A stretch of DNA of 64,000 nucleotides from positions 1 through 64,000 of the forward strand of contig JALGVJ010000013.1 in the NCBI GenBank assembly GCA_029838195.1, in the 5' to 3' direction. The translations under genes were made by a program, and so were the position numbers. Within the stretch, counting starts at the first letter, position 1; each line of letters opens with the position of its first letter. The notes beneath the pieces are model-generated. The model was not told the DNA's origin, ran no database searches, and saw nothing but the letters and a program-made list of their open reading frames with translations. The DNA comes from Promethearchaeota archaeon (lineage in GTDB: Archaea; Asgardarchaeota; Lokiarchaeia; Sigyniarchaeales; SOKP01). This document shows positions 30,828 through 41,060 of this stretch, piece by piece.

Positions 30828-31392
30828 TTTAAAAATCCCCTAATAAATGAACAATTTTAATACCTAATATGTTTATTATAAATAGGCTGTTATTTGTTTT
30901 TTTCCTTTTTAAAAAATAACATGATCTTTATATCATAAAAGCTTCATCAAATTTAGAAGAAAATTTTAATAGAATTAAAATGAATTTTAAAAAATTAGTT
31001 GGAAATGTAATTTCTCTTTCTCTTTTTAATTTTCCTAAGGGAGCGATCTTTCATCAGATGATTATTCGATAATGATTTTATTATGTATTCTCGTTTTGAT
31101 TTTAAAATCATATTGATAGTTTAAATGAAAGCAGATTTGCTAATTTCATAAAATTATTCTGCTTAAATTTGTAAATCCTTAATTTTTCATCCAAAGTTTA
31201 TTTATTACAAATTAAATAATCATCAACCATCTCTCATTTCATTTCTTTATTTCCACTAAGTTATGCATAAACAATCTTGCTCATTGTATAACGTTTACAC
31301 TAAACATAAAATCGATAAATCAAACCTTAAAGGATTTACTACTTTTAACACAATTATTAAAAATAGGAAATAAATATAGTAAGGTTAAAAAG

Positions 31393-32430
31393 TTGGTGTT
31401 AAAGACAGAAATAACCGAGATGTTTGGAATTAAACATCCCGTGTTTGCGGCACCCATGGGACCGTTCTATACGAAAGAATTAACGGTAGCCGTTTCAGAA
31501 GCTGGAGGAATGGGTGTCATAAGCCACACGAACTTGTTAGGAAGGGATAGTTTTACCCAAATGAAAGAAGACATGATGTATGTCGTTGAACTCACGGATA
31601 AGCCATTTGGGTTCAATATTAGGACAGGCAGAATGCAATTTGATGCAAAAAAATTATGCCGACAGATTCCCAAATTTATATTAGAAAATCAGAGAGTTCG
31701 AGAGCAGTGTGTCTATGCATTAACGAGTGCGGGCTCGGCCCGAATGCTTCCTGGGAGCAAGTCATTTCAAAAATTACGTCAAGAAAGTAATATTAAGCAT
31801 TTTCACGTGGCTCCAGCAGCATGGTTGGCAGATAAATGTGTGGCTGCTGGTGTCGATGGAATGGTGGTAACTGGCTCCGAAGGTGGAGGACACCAGTCAT
31901 ATGAGAAAACTGGAACCTTAGTGCTCCTTCAAATGGTTAAAGAAAAATATCCTGATGTCCCCATCATAGCATGTGGCGCATTTGGAAATGGCTATGGCCT
32001 TGCCGCTGCGTTAGCCTTGGGTGCAGGTGCTATAGCAATGGGTACACGATTTATAGCTTCAAAAGAAAGTGAGTTTCATCCAAAATACAAGGAAATTATT
32101 CCCCCAGCGATGCCTAAAGATACAATTCTTGTTACTGGCTTTTTAGGTCCTATTAGGCTTTGGAAAAATGAATATGCGATTCATCATGGCTTAGTAGAGG
32201 ATAAATCACAAAAGATTGCTTTAGAACAACAGTTTACCATGCAAATGTTAATTGAGGATGGGAAACATTATGAGTCGGTATATTTAGAAGGAGATTTGGT
32301 ATCAGGGGCGATTCCTTTAGGTCAGAGTTGTGGTTTAGTTCGAGATATCAAGAGCGTGTCTGAAATAATTGAATCAATCGTGAAAGTAGCAGAGGAGCAA
32401 TTGAAAAAAGTATCAAAAATCATACAATGA
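31393..32430 (+). CDS. Nitronate monooxygenase/FabK-like flavoprotein
   Basis: APMG, AVSEAGGMG, KPFGFN, G.EGGGH, GAGAIAMGTRF, GQS.GL. Confidence 0.88.
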   Translation: MVLKTEITEMFGIKHPVFAAPMGPFYTKELTVAVSEAGGMGVISHTNLLGRDSFTQMKEDMMYVVELTDKPFGFNIRTGRMQFDAKKLCRQIPKFILENQRVREQCVYALTSAGSARMLPGSKSFQKLRQESNIKHFHVAPAAWLADKCVAAGVDGMVVTGSEGGGHQSYEKTGTLVLLQMVKEKYPDVPIIACGAFGNGYGLAAALALGAGAIAMGTRFIASKESEFHPKYKEIIPPAMPKDTILVTGFLGPIRLWKNEYAIHHGLVEDKSQKIALEQQFTMQMLIEDGKHYESVYLEGDLVSGAIPLGQSCGLVRDIKSVSEIIESIVKVAEEQLKKVSKIIQ

Positions 32431-32488
32431 GATTCATGTAATAAAGGCAAGTTTTTATTTTATATTTTTTAGAAGGAGAAATATTTTT

Positions 32489-33217
32489 TCATTTTTTAGC
32501 AATAATTGCTAAAAATTGATTTTTTTTTTTCAAATAAAGAGTAGCATTCCTAAATCCTGCTTTTTTAAGCAATATGGGAAAATCTTCTATTTCTCGAATT
32601 ATCGTCCTCGTGATTTTATTTTTTTTTAATCGTTGGGGAAATATTTCTTGATCAAAAGTGGTTTCTAAAACTAAAAAATTTCCATTTTTTTTAAGAACGC
32701 GGAAAATTTCTTTTAATGCTTGCGCAAGATCTGACCAAAAATTAACGGAATTTACCGTAATGCATGTGTCGAACATTTCATTTGGGAAGGGTAACTTGTT
32801 AACGCTTGCAAAATGAATTTTAACAATACCTTCCTTGATAAAAGTCTCATTTCTCTTTTCAGCAACCTCAACCATGGTAATAGAATGATCAATTCCATGA
32901 ATTTTCCCAGAAGCATTAAGATCTTTTATGGTTTTAGCAAGAGTATGAATGAGATATCCCGCACCGAAACCAATTTCTAAAAAAACGCCGTTAATATTGG
33001 GGTTAAGGAGATTTAATCCCCACTTACACAATTCTGGGCATATACCTGTGAGATCGGGCACTAATTTACCCATTTTCCCGTTGGGTTTGGCACAATGTTT
33101 ATAGATATTAAGAGAAATGGCTTCCAGTAACTTAACGGTTTTTTTTAATTCCTTATTTTCTATCATGGAATTTTCGATGTTTTCCATTAAATATTTAATG
33201 GTTTCTTTATTATTCAT
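32489..33217 (-). CDS. Class I SAM-dependent methyltransferase
   Basis: LEIGFGAG, GIDHS..MV, LPFPNEMFD, EIFRVLK..G. Confidence 0.88.
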   Translation of the reverse strand: MNNKETIKYLMENIENSMIENKELKKTVKLLEAISLNIYKHCAKPNGKMGKLVPDLTGICPELCKWGLNLLNPNINGVFLEIGFGAGYLIHTLAKTIKDLNASGKIHGIDHSITMVEVAEKRNETFIKEGIVKIHFASVNKLPFPNEMFDTCITVNSVNFWSDLAQALKEIFRVLKKNGNFLVLETTFDQEIFPQRLKKNKITRTIIREIEDFPILLKKAGFRNATLYLKKKNQFLAIIAKK

Positions 33218-33388
33218 GAGGTCAAGAGGATTTTTACATCGCGTATAAATTTTTATGTTTTTAATTACTAAAATCTTCCTTTAGAAAAAAATAAATTATG
33301 AATATAAAAATAAAAATTGTGAACAAAGATACCAATCATTGAATATATTATTTAAAAATCGAAATATTTTAGTTAATAAAAAAGAGGG

Positions 33389-33847
33389 TCAAATCTCCAC
33401 GTGGGGTGAAGATTTATATTCTTTTAATACTAAATTAGAAACCGTTCTCGAAACGTGAGGATGTTCATTTAATTCCCGAATGAACGCGTGTACATCATCT
33501 GATTCCTTGAATCGGCAAATTAAAGCGGCAGATTGATCTCCAGTAGTATGGAAGACAGAACATACTTCCGGCATTTTAGAAAGCTCTAAAAGCACCTCTT
33601 CCGTATGCTTTCCATCTATTTGAATCCGAATTAAAAACGTTAATTTGTACCCCAATTTGGTATTATTTAATTTAAGGGTATATCCTTCGATGATTTGATT
33701 TTCTTTTAATTTGGTAATTCGGTTATGGATGGTACCGATACTGATTCCTAATTTTTCTTGGATTTCTCTATAGGAGGTGCGAGCATTTTCTTGGAGTATT
33801 CTAATGATATCCTTGTCAATTTCATCTAATTCCTTCCCTTTTTTCAT
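33389..33847 (-). CDS. Lrp/AsnC family transcriptional regulator
   Basis: LDEIDKDIIRILQENARTSY HTH; RAM domain with TTGD. Confidence 0.93.
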   Translation of the reverse strand: MKKGKELDEIDKDIIRILQENARTSYREIQEKLGISIGTIHNRITKLKENQIIEGYTLKLNNTKLGYKLTFLIRIQIDGKHTEEVLLELSKMPEVCSVFHTTGDQSAALICRFKESDDVHAFIRELNEHPHVSRTVSNLVLKEYKSSPHVEI

Positions 33848-34204
33848 GAGATAACCTTTTGAAGGTCGATTTTATTCTAACAATAATTGATTATTTGAAC
33901 AATATTTAAAATTTTTCTATTATTCCAAAAAAATTTAAAATATTTGAAAAAAAAAATATCTCTTTATTAAAGAAATTTTAATAATAGTGAAATTGTTTTT
34001 TAAATAATTAAATAGTATCCAAACGATAATAAATTGCTTTAAATAAAACCATTAACGCGATAAATTTCTCATGATAATTATCATGATTATTAAAATAGTA
34101 ATTGATGATTCAATAAGACTAGTTGAGTGTGTTTCAACCAAGTTGTTCTTAAAAGCGGGGTTGTTGATTTTTATAGAATTTTTAAACTAATGAGAGAATA
34201 TTCG

Positions 34205-34357
34205 TCATATTTCGTATTTTTCCTTCCATTCTCGCTGTTTTTTTATGGGGTCATCTCTCATTTTACATTTATGATGGATCTCATTTTGTCGTGAAAATTC
34301 TTGATCTAATAACTCTTCTAACTTTTCGTCAATAGGTTCTTCTTTATTATTTACCAT
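34205..34357 (-). CDS. Small hypothetical protein (50 aa)
   Basis: Not in the ORF track. MVNNKEEPIDEKLEELLDQEFSRQNEIHHKCKMRDDPIKKQREWKEKYEI*; AGGTGG SD upstream. Confidence 0.6.
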   Translation of the reverse strand: MVNNKEEPIDEKLEELLDQEFSRQNEIHHKCKMRDDPIKKQREWKEKYEI

Positions 34358-34778
34358 TCTTTCATCCCACCTTTAGAAACTAAGATTTCGTTAAATAATT
34401 CATCATATATTTCTTATGGTTTCGAAAAATTAAAAATATAATGGAAATAAATTATAATTCCTAAATAATAAAAAAATCCCACCCTTTGTTGAATTTGTAA
34501 TGCAACGAGGAAAAAAAGAATATTTTGATAAATTTCCTGCTTAGACAATTCCATATCACTTTATCTTGATTGAAACATCAGCTCTCATTTTTCATTGTTT
34601 TTCTCTTTCTTTTTCCCGAAGTAATTGTATTTAAAATGGTAAATTTTTAAAAATTGCTTCCGTCTTGTTTAATTTAAGCTTTTAATACAAAAAATTTAAC
34701 CATCATTAATTTTTTTATGAATAAAGATTTTGTGTACCAAGGTCTAAATCATACTCGGTGAAAAAACTCTTTTTTATT

Positions 34779-35183
34779 CTAAGAACTTTCTTTTGGCTTA
34801 AATTTTAATGCGTCAGAATTCATGCAATATCGCATATTAGTAGGTGGAGGGCCATCATCAAATATATGTCCTAAATGCCCTTTACATTTACTGCATGAGG
34901 CTTCCGTACGAATTATGCCGTGGCTATAATCCGTCTTGGTTTCTATGCTTGAGTTTTCAATAGGAGCAAAAAAACTTGGCCATCCTGTGCCCGAATCGAA
35001 TTTCGTTTCAGAATCAAATAAAGGATTTCCGCATCCTGCGCAATAATATGTTCCTTTCTGGTGATTATCCCAATATTTACCGGTAAAAGGACGTTCTGTT
35101 CCTTTTTTTCTGAGAATGTAGAATTGTTCTTTGGTGAGGATTTTTTTCCAATCTTCTTCCGTTTTTTTTATAGAAGATTTCAT
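34779..35183 (-). CDS. msrB: Peptide-methionine (R)-S-oxide reductase
   Basis: GTERPFTG, CAGC, SGTGWPSF, CSKC.GHLGHIFDDGP, RYCMNS. Confidence 0.97.
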   Translation of the reverse strand: MKSSIKKTEEDWKKILTKEQFYILRKKGTERPFTGKYWDNHQKGTYYCAGCGNPLFDSETKFDSGTGWPSFFAPIENSSIETKTDYSHGIIRTEASCSKCKGHLGHIFDDGPPPTNMRYCMNSDALKFKPKESS

Positions 35184-35286
35184 GAGAAATATAAATTCAA
35201 AAATAAATTTTAACTAAATGGTTCTAAATTATTTGAAATTACACGGGAGACCGAATAGAAGAAAAATTGAAATCTCTTTTTAATTA

Positions 35287-35697
35287 TTATCCATAAACCT
35301 TTTTTGGATCAAATAATTGCGTACTAATTTCGACGAGCTCTCCCTCCTTGAATTCTCTATAAAAACAAGAATAGTACCCCTCATGACAAGCAGCACCTTC
35401 CTGTTTTATCTTAAATAACAAGCAATCCATGTCGCAATCTATTAAAACCTTTTCTATTATTTGAATGTGTCCTGATGTTTCCCCTTTTTTCCATAAAGTG
35501 TTTCTAGAACGCGAGTAGTAATGCGCATAGCCTGTTTGAAGAGATTTTTTCACGGCTTCCTTATTTGCAAAGGCAAGCATTAAAACTTCTCCAGAAATAT
35601 TGTCCTGGGCGATGATGGGAATTAATCCTCCTTCCAATTTAGAAAAATCTAATTTTTCTATTAACGTTTCAATTTGTTGGTCTGTATATTTAATCAT
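35287..35697 (-). CDS. hisI: Phosphoribosyl-AMP cyclohydrolase
   Basis: VLMLA, YYSRSR..LW.KGETSGH, DCD.D, ACHEG..SCF. Confidence 0.96.
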   Translation of the reverse strand: MIKYTDQQIETLIEKLDFSKLEGGLIPIIAQDNISGEVLMLAFANKEAVKKSLQTGYAHYYSRSRNTLWKKGETSGHIQIIEKVLIDCDMDCLLFKIKQEGAACHEGYYSCFYREFKEGELVEISTQLFDPKKVYG

Positions 35698-35758
35698 ATT
35701 TTAGTAAATTTTTTTGACAATATTTAATTTATCATGCAAAAAAGAAGTGAAGTTAAGA

Positions 35759-36859
35759 ATGACAGACGAGTTCAAAATTGATCCCTGGAGTTCCACTAAT
35801 ATCATGGAAGAAGATTACAAAAGATTGATAAAGGAATTCGGAATTGAAGAAATGTCGGATTCTTTAAGGGAAATTTTTAAAAAAAATCGGTTTATTCGGA
35901 GAAAAATTATTTTTGGCCATCGTTCGTTAGATACTATCTACAGAGCTATTGAAAAAGGTAAGAATTGGGCAGTAATGAGCGGAATTAAACCTTCGGGACC
36001 ATTTCATTTAGGGACCATGACAACTGCTTTAGAAATCGTTGAATTCCAAAAGATGGGAGGGAAAGCCTATTATTGCATCGCAGATATTGAATCATGGGAG
36101 GATAATGGGATCCCTTATGAAGAAGCAGAAGAGATAGCAGTGGATAATTTGGCAGATATTTTAGCCTTAGGATTGGATCCCTCTCCGAAAAAAGCTTATA
36201 TTTGGAGACAATCCCAAGAACCAATCGTAAAAGATGCTTGTTTCAAGGTTAGCCGGCTGGTAACAAATAACATGTTACATGCGATATATGGAGAAAAAAC
36301 GTTTGGATTATATTTGGCCGCACTCATTCAAGTTGGTGATATTCTCCTGCCCCAAATCCTTGATGGCGCTCAACCGACAATTGTACCCGTCGGAATTGAT
36401 CAAGATCCTCACATTCGATTAACACGTGATTTAACCCGCCGATATTATAAGAAGTTCTTCCTACCCGGCTCTACGTATCATTATTTATTGACAGGGCTCG
36501 ATGGCTCGGAAAAAATGTCTAAACGAAATCCAAATAGTTATTTCACGTTTAATGAAGATCTCAAATCCATTGAAAAAAAAATCATGGGGACTCTGACGGG
36601 AGGCCGTAGAAATAAAAAAGAGCAGAAAGAATTAGGTGGTGAGCCCCAAAATTGCATGATATATAAAATTTTGATGTATCATTTCGAAGAAAGCGATGAA
36701 AAACTGAATGAGGATTTCTTAGCATGTATTCATGGAGAATTAATGTGTGGACCTCACAAGAGAGAATGCGTGGAGAAAGTAATAGAGTTCATTAAAAAAC
36801 ATAGGGAAAAAAAGGAAAAGCTAATAGATAAAGCAAGAGAATTACTCAATATCATTTAA
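35759..36859 (+). CDS. trpS: Tryptophan--tRNA ligase (archaeal type)
   Basis: IDPW, FGHR, SGIKPSGPFHLG, PVGIDQDPHIRLTRD, KMSK. ATG 35759 preferred. Confidence 0.95.
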   Translation: MTDEFKIDPWSSTNIMEEDYKRLIKEFGIEEMSDSLREIFKKNRFIRRKIIFGHRSLDTIYRAIEKGKNWAVMSGIKPSGPFHLGTMTTALEIVEFQKMGGKAYYCIADIESWEDNGIPYEEAEEIAVDNLADILALGLDPSPKKAYIWRQSQEPIVKDACFKVSRLVTNNMLHAIYGEKTFGLYLAALIQVGDILLPQILDGAQPTIVPVGIDQDPHIRLTRDLTRRYYKKFFLPGSTYHYLLTGLDGSEKMSKRNPNSYFTFNEDLKSIEKKIMGTLTGGRRNKKEQKELGGEPQNCMIYKILMYHFEESDEKLNEDFLACIHGELMCGPHKRECVEKVIEFIKKHREKKEKLIDKARELLNII

Positions 36860-37037
36860 ATATTTTACCTTTTTTCTCATAAATTACTTATTTTCTGAAC
36901 TTTATCCTCTCCCTCTCTCATTATTTTTAAAGGATGGAGGAAAATAAAAAACTTTCATGTTTTATCCCTATTATTAAATGTTTATTCTTTCTAAAAATGT
37001 AAAAATATAAAGAATTTAATTTTTTATTTATCGACGA

Positions 37038-37982
37038 TTACGGGATTAAGTCGTTTAAAATTTCGCTACTATTTTTAATTAAATCCGGAATGTGATCTAA
37101 TATCTTGAATTTTAAATCTTCCTCAAAAATTATCGATAAATAAAATTTTTGTCCCTTGCATTGAAATTGGTGTAAATAGGAAACATGTGGGTTTTTTTCA
37201 TTAAGGTAATTATAATAATCGCTATAAGACTCCTCTTCAATGCGCTTTAAAATAAAAAGATGCTCCTTAATAGCTTCTAATAATTTAACGTGTGATTCCG
37301 CCTCTACTTGATTATTATAAAATTCACTCACGATTATCCCTCTTTCATCAAATAACACCAGAGAAACGCAATCAAACTCCACTAAAAATTTCTCTATCAC
37401 TAAAGATAATTCTAAAAATTTATCATTAAACATAGAAAGTCCATAAGAGATAAGATGCACGATAGAAACAATATCATAAATTGAGGTCTGTTGGAATACT
37501 ATTTTGAATGAGGTGTATTTTTCTTTAATTATATTGGTTAATTCATTGACATCTTCATTTATTTCCTCGTAATCGCGTACAATGGGGTCATATTTATGAA
37601 ATGTCACGATGACATGCACGCTTGGATTTTCTTCTTGAAAATATGATAAAATATTATCTAAATAATCCAAGGATGTTTGAAACTTTTCCCGGTCTTGAAT
37701 GTCAATTACATAAATTAGTAAATCTGTTTCGCCAAAATATAGATCTTTATGCGAAACATAAAGGTTGCGGTAGACCTCCTGACCACCCATATCCCAAAAT
37801 GAAATTAACATTCCTAAAAAGATAGTTCTGGAATATTGTACTTTTATGGTAGGTTTTAACTCTTGAATTTCTTCTTCAAAATCATATTTCTTATTAAGAG
37901 CAGTCAATATAGAGGTTTTTCCGGCGTTATCGAGCCCAGAAATGATGACTTTCCTTGCAATTAATTTATATTTTTTCTCCAC
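37038..37982 (-). CDS. Small GTPase (Arf/Rag-like) fused to a C-terminal roadblock/longin-like domain
   Basis: G1 GLDNAGKTS, G2 PT, G3 WDMGGQ, G4 HKYD, G5 TSIYD; about 130-aa tail with LFDERGIIVSE. Confidence 0.85.
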   Translation of the reverse strand: MEKKYKLIARKVIISGLDNAGKTSILTALNKKYDFEEEIQELKPTIKVQYSRTIFLGMLISFWDMGGQEVYRNLYVSHKDLYFGETDLLIYVIDIQDREKFQTSLDYLDNILSYFQEENPSVHVIVTFHKYDPIVRDYEEINEDVNELTNIIKEKYTSFKIVFQQTSIYDIVSIVHLISYGLSMFNDKFLELSLVIEKFLVEFDCVSLVLFDERGIIVSEFYNNQVEAESHVKLLEAIKEHLFILKRIEEESYSDYYNYLNEKNPHVSYLHQFQCKGQKFYLSIIFEEDLKFKILDHIPDLIKNSSEILNDLIP

Positions 37983-38134
37983 AGTAAATGTAGCTCCTTT
38001 TTTTATTCAAAACCTTCCTCTTATAGGATAAAAAGTAAAGATCTTGATCTTAATTTTTAAATAAAACAAAAAAAAACTTGTTTTTAACTTTTTATATTTT
38101 TTATTTAAAAGGCGTGTCCGCTTTTTAACTTTTT

Positions 38135-38495
38135 TTGAGCTTGAAAATAGTTCCTTTATTAATTGCTCCAAAAATTTATTGTAGAAAACAAGAAAAAACT
38201 TCGAAATCTGATGATATCCACATGACATTCATTTTTAAGAATGAAAATGACGAGCTATTCTTCAAGAAAATTACTAAAATTAAGGATAATATTGATCGAA
38301 GAACAAGATGTATTTTTAGGAAATTTATTGTATCAAGTGAAATATGAATTTTTTAATAAAATTTCGGATTATAAAGCCAAATTAAACGAATGTATTCAAA
38401 ATATCGAAGAAAAATTAAAATCCACGATATATAAGGAGCTATACCGGGAAGTAATGGCGGAATTGATGAAATATTTTGAGGAAGATAAATTTTAA
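38135..38495 (+). CDS. Hypothetical protein, probably one ~119-aa gene split by a +1 frameshift
   Basis: ORFs 38135-38347 and 38241-38495 join as ...SSE-YEFFNK... if one A at 38340-38342 is removed. Confidence 0.4.
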
Positions 38496-38660
38496 GAGCC
38501 TTTAGCAATATGAGCTTATCCGATAATTGGCTTTCCCTTTTCAAGATATACTCCAAGGTTAAAAAACGAATTTATATAAGAAGAAAAGAGGTTTAGAGTA
38601 AAATTTAGAATAGAAGGCGGTTTATTGACACGTGTAAAAGAGTTAAAAGAAATAAAAAAA

Positions 38661-39083
38661 TTATTCTCCTATAATAGTACAAAAAATAGTTCTCGTGCGG
38701 GATTTTTCATCAAATTCGCAAAATATAATTTGTTCCCAAGTTCCAAGTAATGCTCTCCCTCTTTGAACCGGAAACGTCTGAGAAGTTTTAATTAGAAAAC
38801 TCCGCACGTGGCCTGCTCCGTTATGATCTCCCCAAGTATCGTGATGCTTATATCGACGATCATACGGAATAATTTTTTCTAAGAATTCTTCTATATCGTT
38901 GTTTACTAAGCCAGGTTCATATTCTGTAGTAGAAATTGCACCTGTGGAGCCAGGTACGTGTATATTGACAATACCGTTTTGAATCTCGCTTTCTTTTATG
39001 ATGTCTTGAACTTGAGATGTTATATTAACGATATAGCAATAGGGTTTTGTTTTAATTTGAAATGCTTTTTGAAAGACCGTCAT
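38661..39083 (-). CDS. YjbQ/UPF0047 family protein
   Basis: NITSQV, GSTG..TTEYEP, HNGAGHVRS, LGTWEQI.F.EFD..R.R. Confidence 0.92.
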   Translation of the reverse strand: MTVFQKAFQIKTKPYCYIVNITSQVQDIIKESEIQNGIVNIHVPGSTGAISTTEYEPGLVNNDIEEFLEKIIPYDRRYKHHDTWGDHNGAGHVRSFLIKTSQTFPVQRGRALLGTWEQIIFCEFDEKSRTRTIFCTIIGE

Positions 39084-39236
39084 TTTTAAGTGGTCATGAT
39101 TGCTTTTATTTTTAATAAATAACGTGAGATTTTACATTTATTTGTTGTTTTAAAAAATTTAATAGACATGCATTTTTAAGTAAAATAACGATTTGAATGT
39201 TTAGCTTTTTTTGAAAAACTTGAGTCATGTGCTACA

Positions 39237-39662
39237 ATGAGTGAACGGCTAAAAGAATTTTACAATAAAATTCATGATAAGAAAAACAATATTCCATTAT
39301 ACGTATCTATTTTAATAAGGGAACCCAAAGGAAGTTTGATTGACTTCAAGATTAAAAAAGAGGAAAGCAATATTCTAAAAATCATTGCACATGATGATGA
39401 TCAAAAGGGCTGGTATCCTCACTCTGTTCATATCCCTTTAAAGAATTTAGGATTAGATGACAGCGCTAAAAACAAGGAAATATTAAAATACCTTTCTAAT
39501 CCCGCATTAATCACGAGCGATAAGGCAACAAGAGAATATGTAGAAGATCTCTTGAGGAGATACGTGGAAATCTTACCAGAAAAGAAAAAGCATTTTTTCA
39601 AAACAAAAAGGTTCAAGAAAAAGAAAGAATTTCAAATGGGCATGAAAATGAAAGGATTTTAA
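39237..39662 (+). CDS. Hypothetical protein
   Basis: 141-aa ORF filling the space between genes; no recognised motif. Confidence 0.6.
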   Translation: MSERLKEFYNKIHDKKNNIPLYVSILIREPKGSLIDFKIKKEESNILKIIAHDDDQKGWYPHSVHIPLKNLGLDDSAKNKEILKYLSNPALITSDKATREYVEDLLRRYVEILPEKKKHFFKTKRFKKKKEFQMGMKMKGF

Positions 39663-39665
39663 ATG

Positions 39666-40010
39666 TCATTTAACTTGGCTTCCGGGAGGGATGTTTTTAC
39701 CACGCTCATCTACTTTTAACAAGAAGGGTTCCCCATTAACATCCACGGCAAGGAGCATTCCTTGGCTTTCATATCCCATGAATTTTTTTGGTTTCAAATT
39801 TGTAAGGACGATAATTTTTTGTCCAATCAAGGCATTTTGCTCATAGAATGGTGCTATTCCTGTAATGATCTGCCTTAAAGAACGTTCTCCTAAATCTACC
39901 ATTAATTTATATAACCTTCGAGAATTTGGTATTTTCTCACAATTTTTTACCATTCCTACCCGTAAATCTACTTTTTTAAAATCTTCTAACTCAATGATCA
40001 TTATTTTCAC
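39666..40010 (-). CDS. tRNA-binding OB-fold protein (Trbp111/CsaA/MetRS C-terminal-like)
   Basis: FKKVDLRVG, VDLG..RQIITGI, NLKPKKFMG.ESQGMLLA. Confidence 0.92.
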   Translation of the reverse strand: MKIMIIELEDFKKVDLRVGMVKNCEKIPNSRRLYKLMVDLGERSLRQIITGIAPFYEQNALIGQKIIVLTNLKPKKFMGYESQGMLLAVDVNGEPFLLKVDERGKNIPPGSQVK

Positions 40011-40893
40011 CTCTTAGGGGCATTCCTGTCATGTCTATTATTTCCTTCTTTTTTGGTTTTTTTTCTCTATATGGATTTTCTTTAAATGGTTCCACTTTTC
40101 TCCCAAAAGTTAAGTATCCCGTGTGACCAATCATGCGCGTTTCAGGGCGAGTGGCATTTTCTTTTACTTGTAATCTCCTTTCTAGCAATTCTATCGTTAT
40201 TACTTCAATGAAATCGTTATTTTTTAAGGAAAACGTATTTTTTTTTACTTGTTCCATGGTAGGCGAAAAACAACAAATACTACCGCTAAGTCTCAAATAC
40301 TTTTTAATTTTAGGAATGGCGTCCCATGGTGTGGGCATGTCTAAAACAACGCAGTCGACATCTCGAAGTTCCAGATCTTTTTTTAAGATATCTCCTTCTT
40401 GAATGGTCACGACTTCTTGCAGTCCGGCTCTTTTCACATTTTTAAGGGCACGATTTAAGGATTTTTCTCGCACGTCATAGGAATACACGTGTCCATTTGG
40501 CCGAACATAATTTCCTAAAATACACGTTAAGGCACCTGATCCGCATCCTGCTTCAATTATAATGCTTCCTGGACCAATACCCGTATATAAGAGTATTAAA
40601 CCGGCATCTTTCGGATAAATAATTTGAGTTTTTCTTTTCATGTGGAGGATGTAATCTGAGGGAAGGGGTTTCATGACGTAGAATTTATAGCCTTGTGTTT
40701 CTAAAGGCTTGGAGAAAATACACGATCCAAAAGGTTTCTTGTTAATAAGCTCATCAAACTCGATAAACCCATGATGCGTGTGGAAAGTTTCCCCCGCTCG
40801 TGCTTGAACAAGCCATCTTTTTCGATCCTCTAGGATCAAATAAATTAAATCATTTTCTTGAATAATGTTCTCATTCTCTTTTTGCACTGTCAT
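39991..40893 (-). CDS. trmI: tRNA (adenine-N1)-methyltransferase TrmI/GCD14
   Basis: RKTQIIYPKD, EAGCGSGALT, LDMPTPW, FSPT.EQV, RPETRMIGHTGYL. Confidence 0.95.
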   Translation of the reverse strand: MTVQKENENIIQENDLIYLILEDRKRWLVQARAGETFHTHHGFIEFDELINKKPFGSCIFSKPLETQGYKFYVMKPLPSDYILHMKRKTQIIYPKDAGLILLYTGIGPGSIIIEAGCGSGALTCILGNYVRPNGHVYSYDVREKSLNRALKNVKRAGLQEVVTIQEGDILKKDLELRDVDCVVLDMPTPWDAIPKIKKYLRLSGSICCFSPTMEQVKKNTFSLKNNDFIEVITIELLERRLQVKENATRPETRMIGHTGYLTFGRKVEPFKENPYREKKPKKKEIIDMTGMPLRGENNDH

Positions 40894-41060
40894 GGCATGA
40901 AGGTTGTATCTTACTTAATTTTAATGCATTCAAGTTATTCTACTTTATTCTAAATTAAATTTTATTTTTTAAAATCTGGAATAAAAAGATATAAAAAAAA
41001 TAAATTCTTTTTTCACTTAAACCTAATAATGTTTGGTTCTTTTTTATATAAATAACTTTC

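Noticed and set aside
34779-35183. Possible selenoprotein MsrB
   Set aside because: The catalytic residue is an ordinary Cys (RYCMNS); no in-frame TGA.
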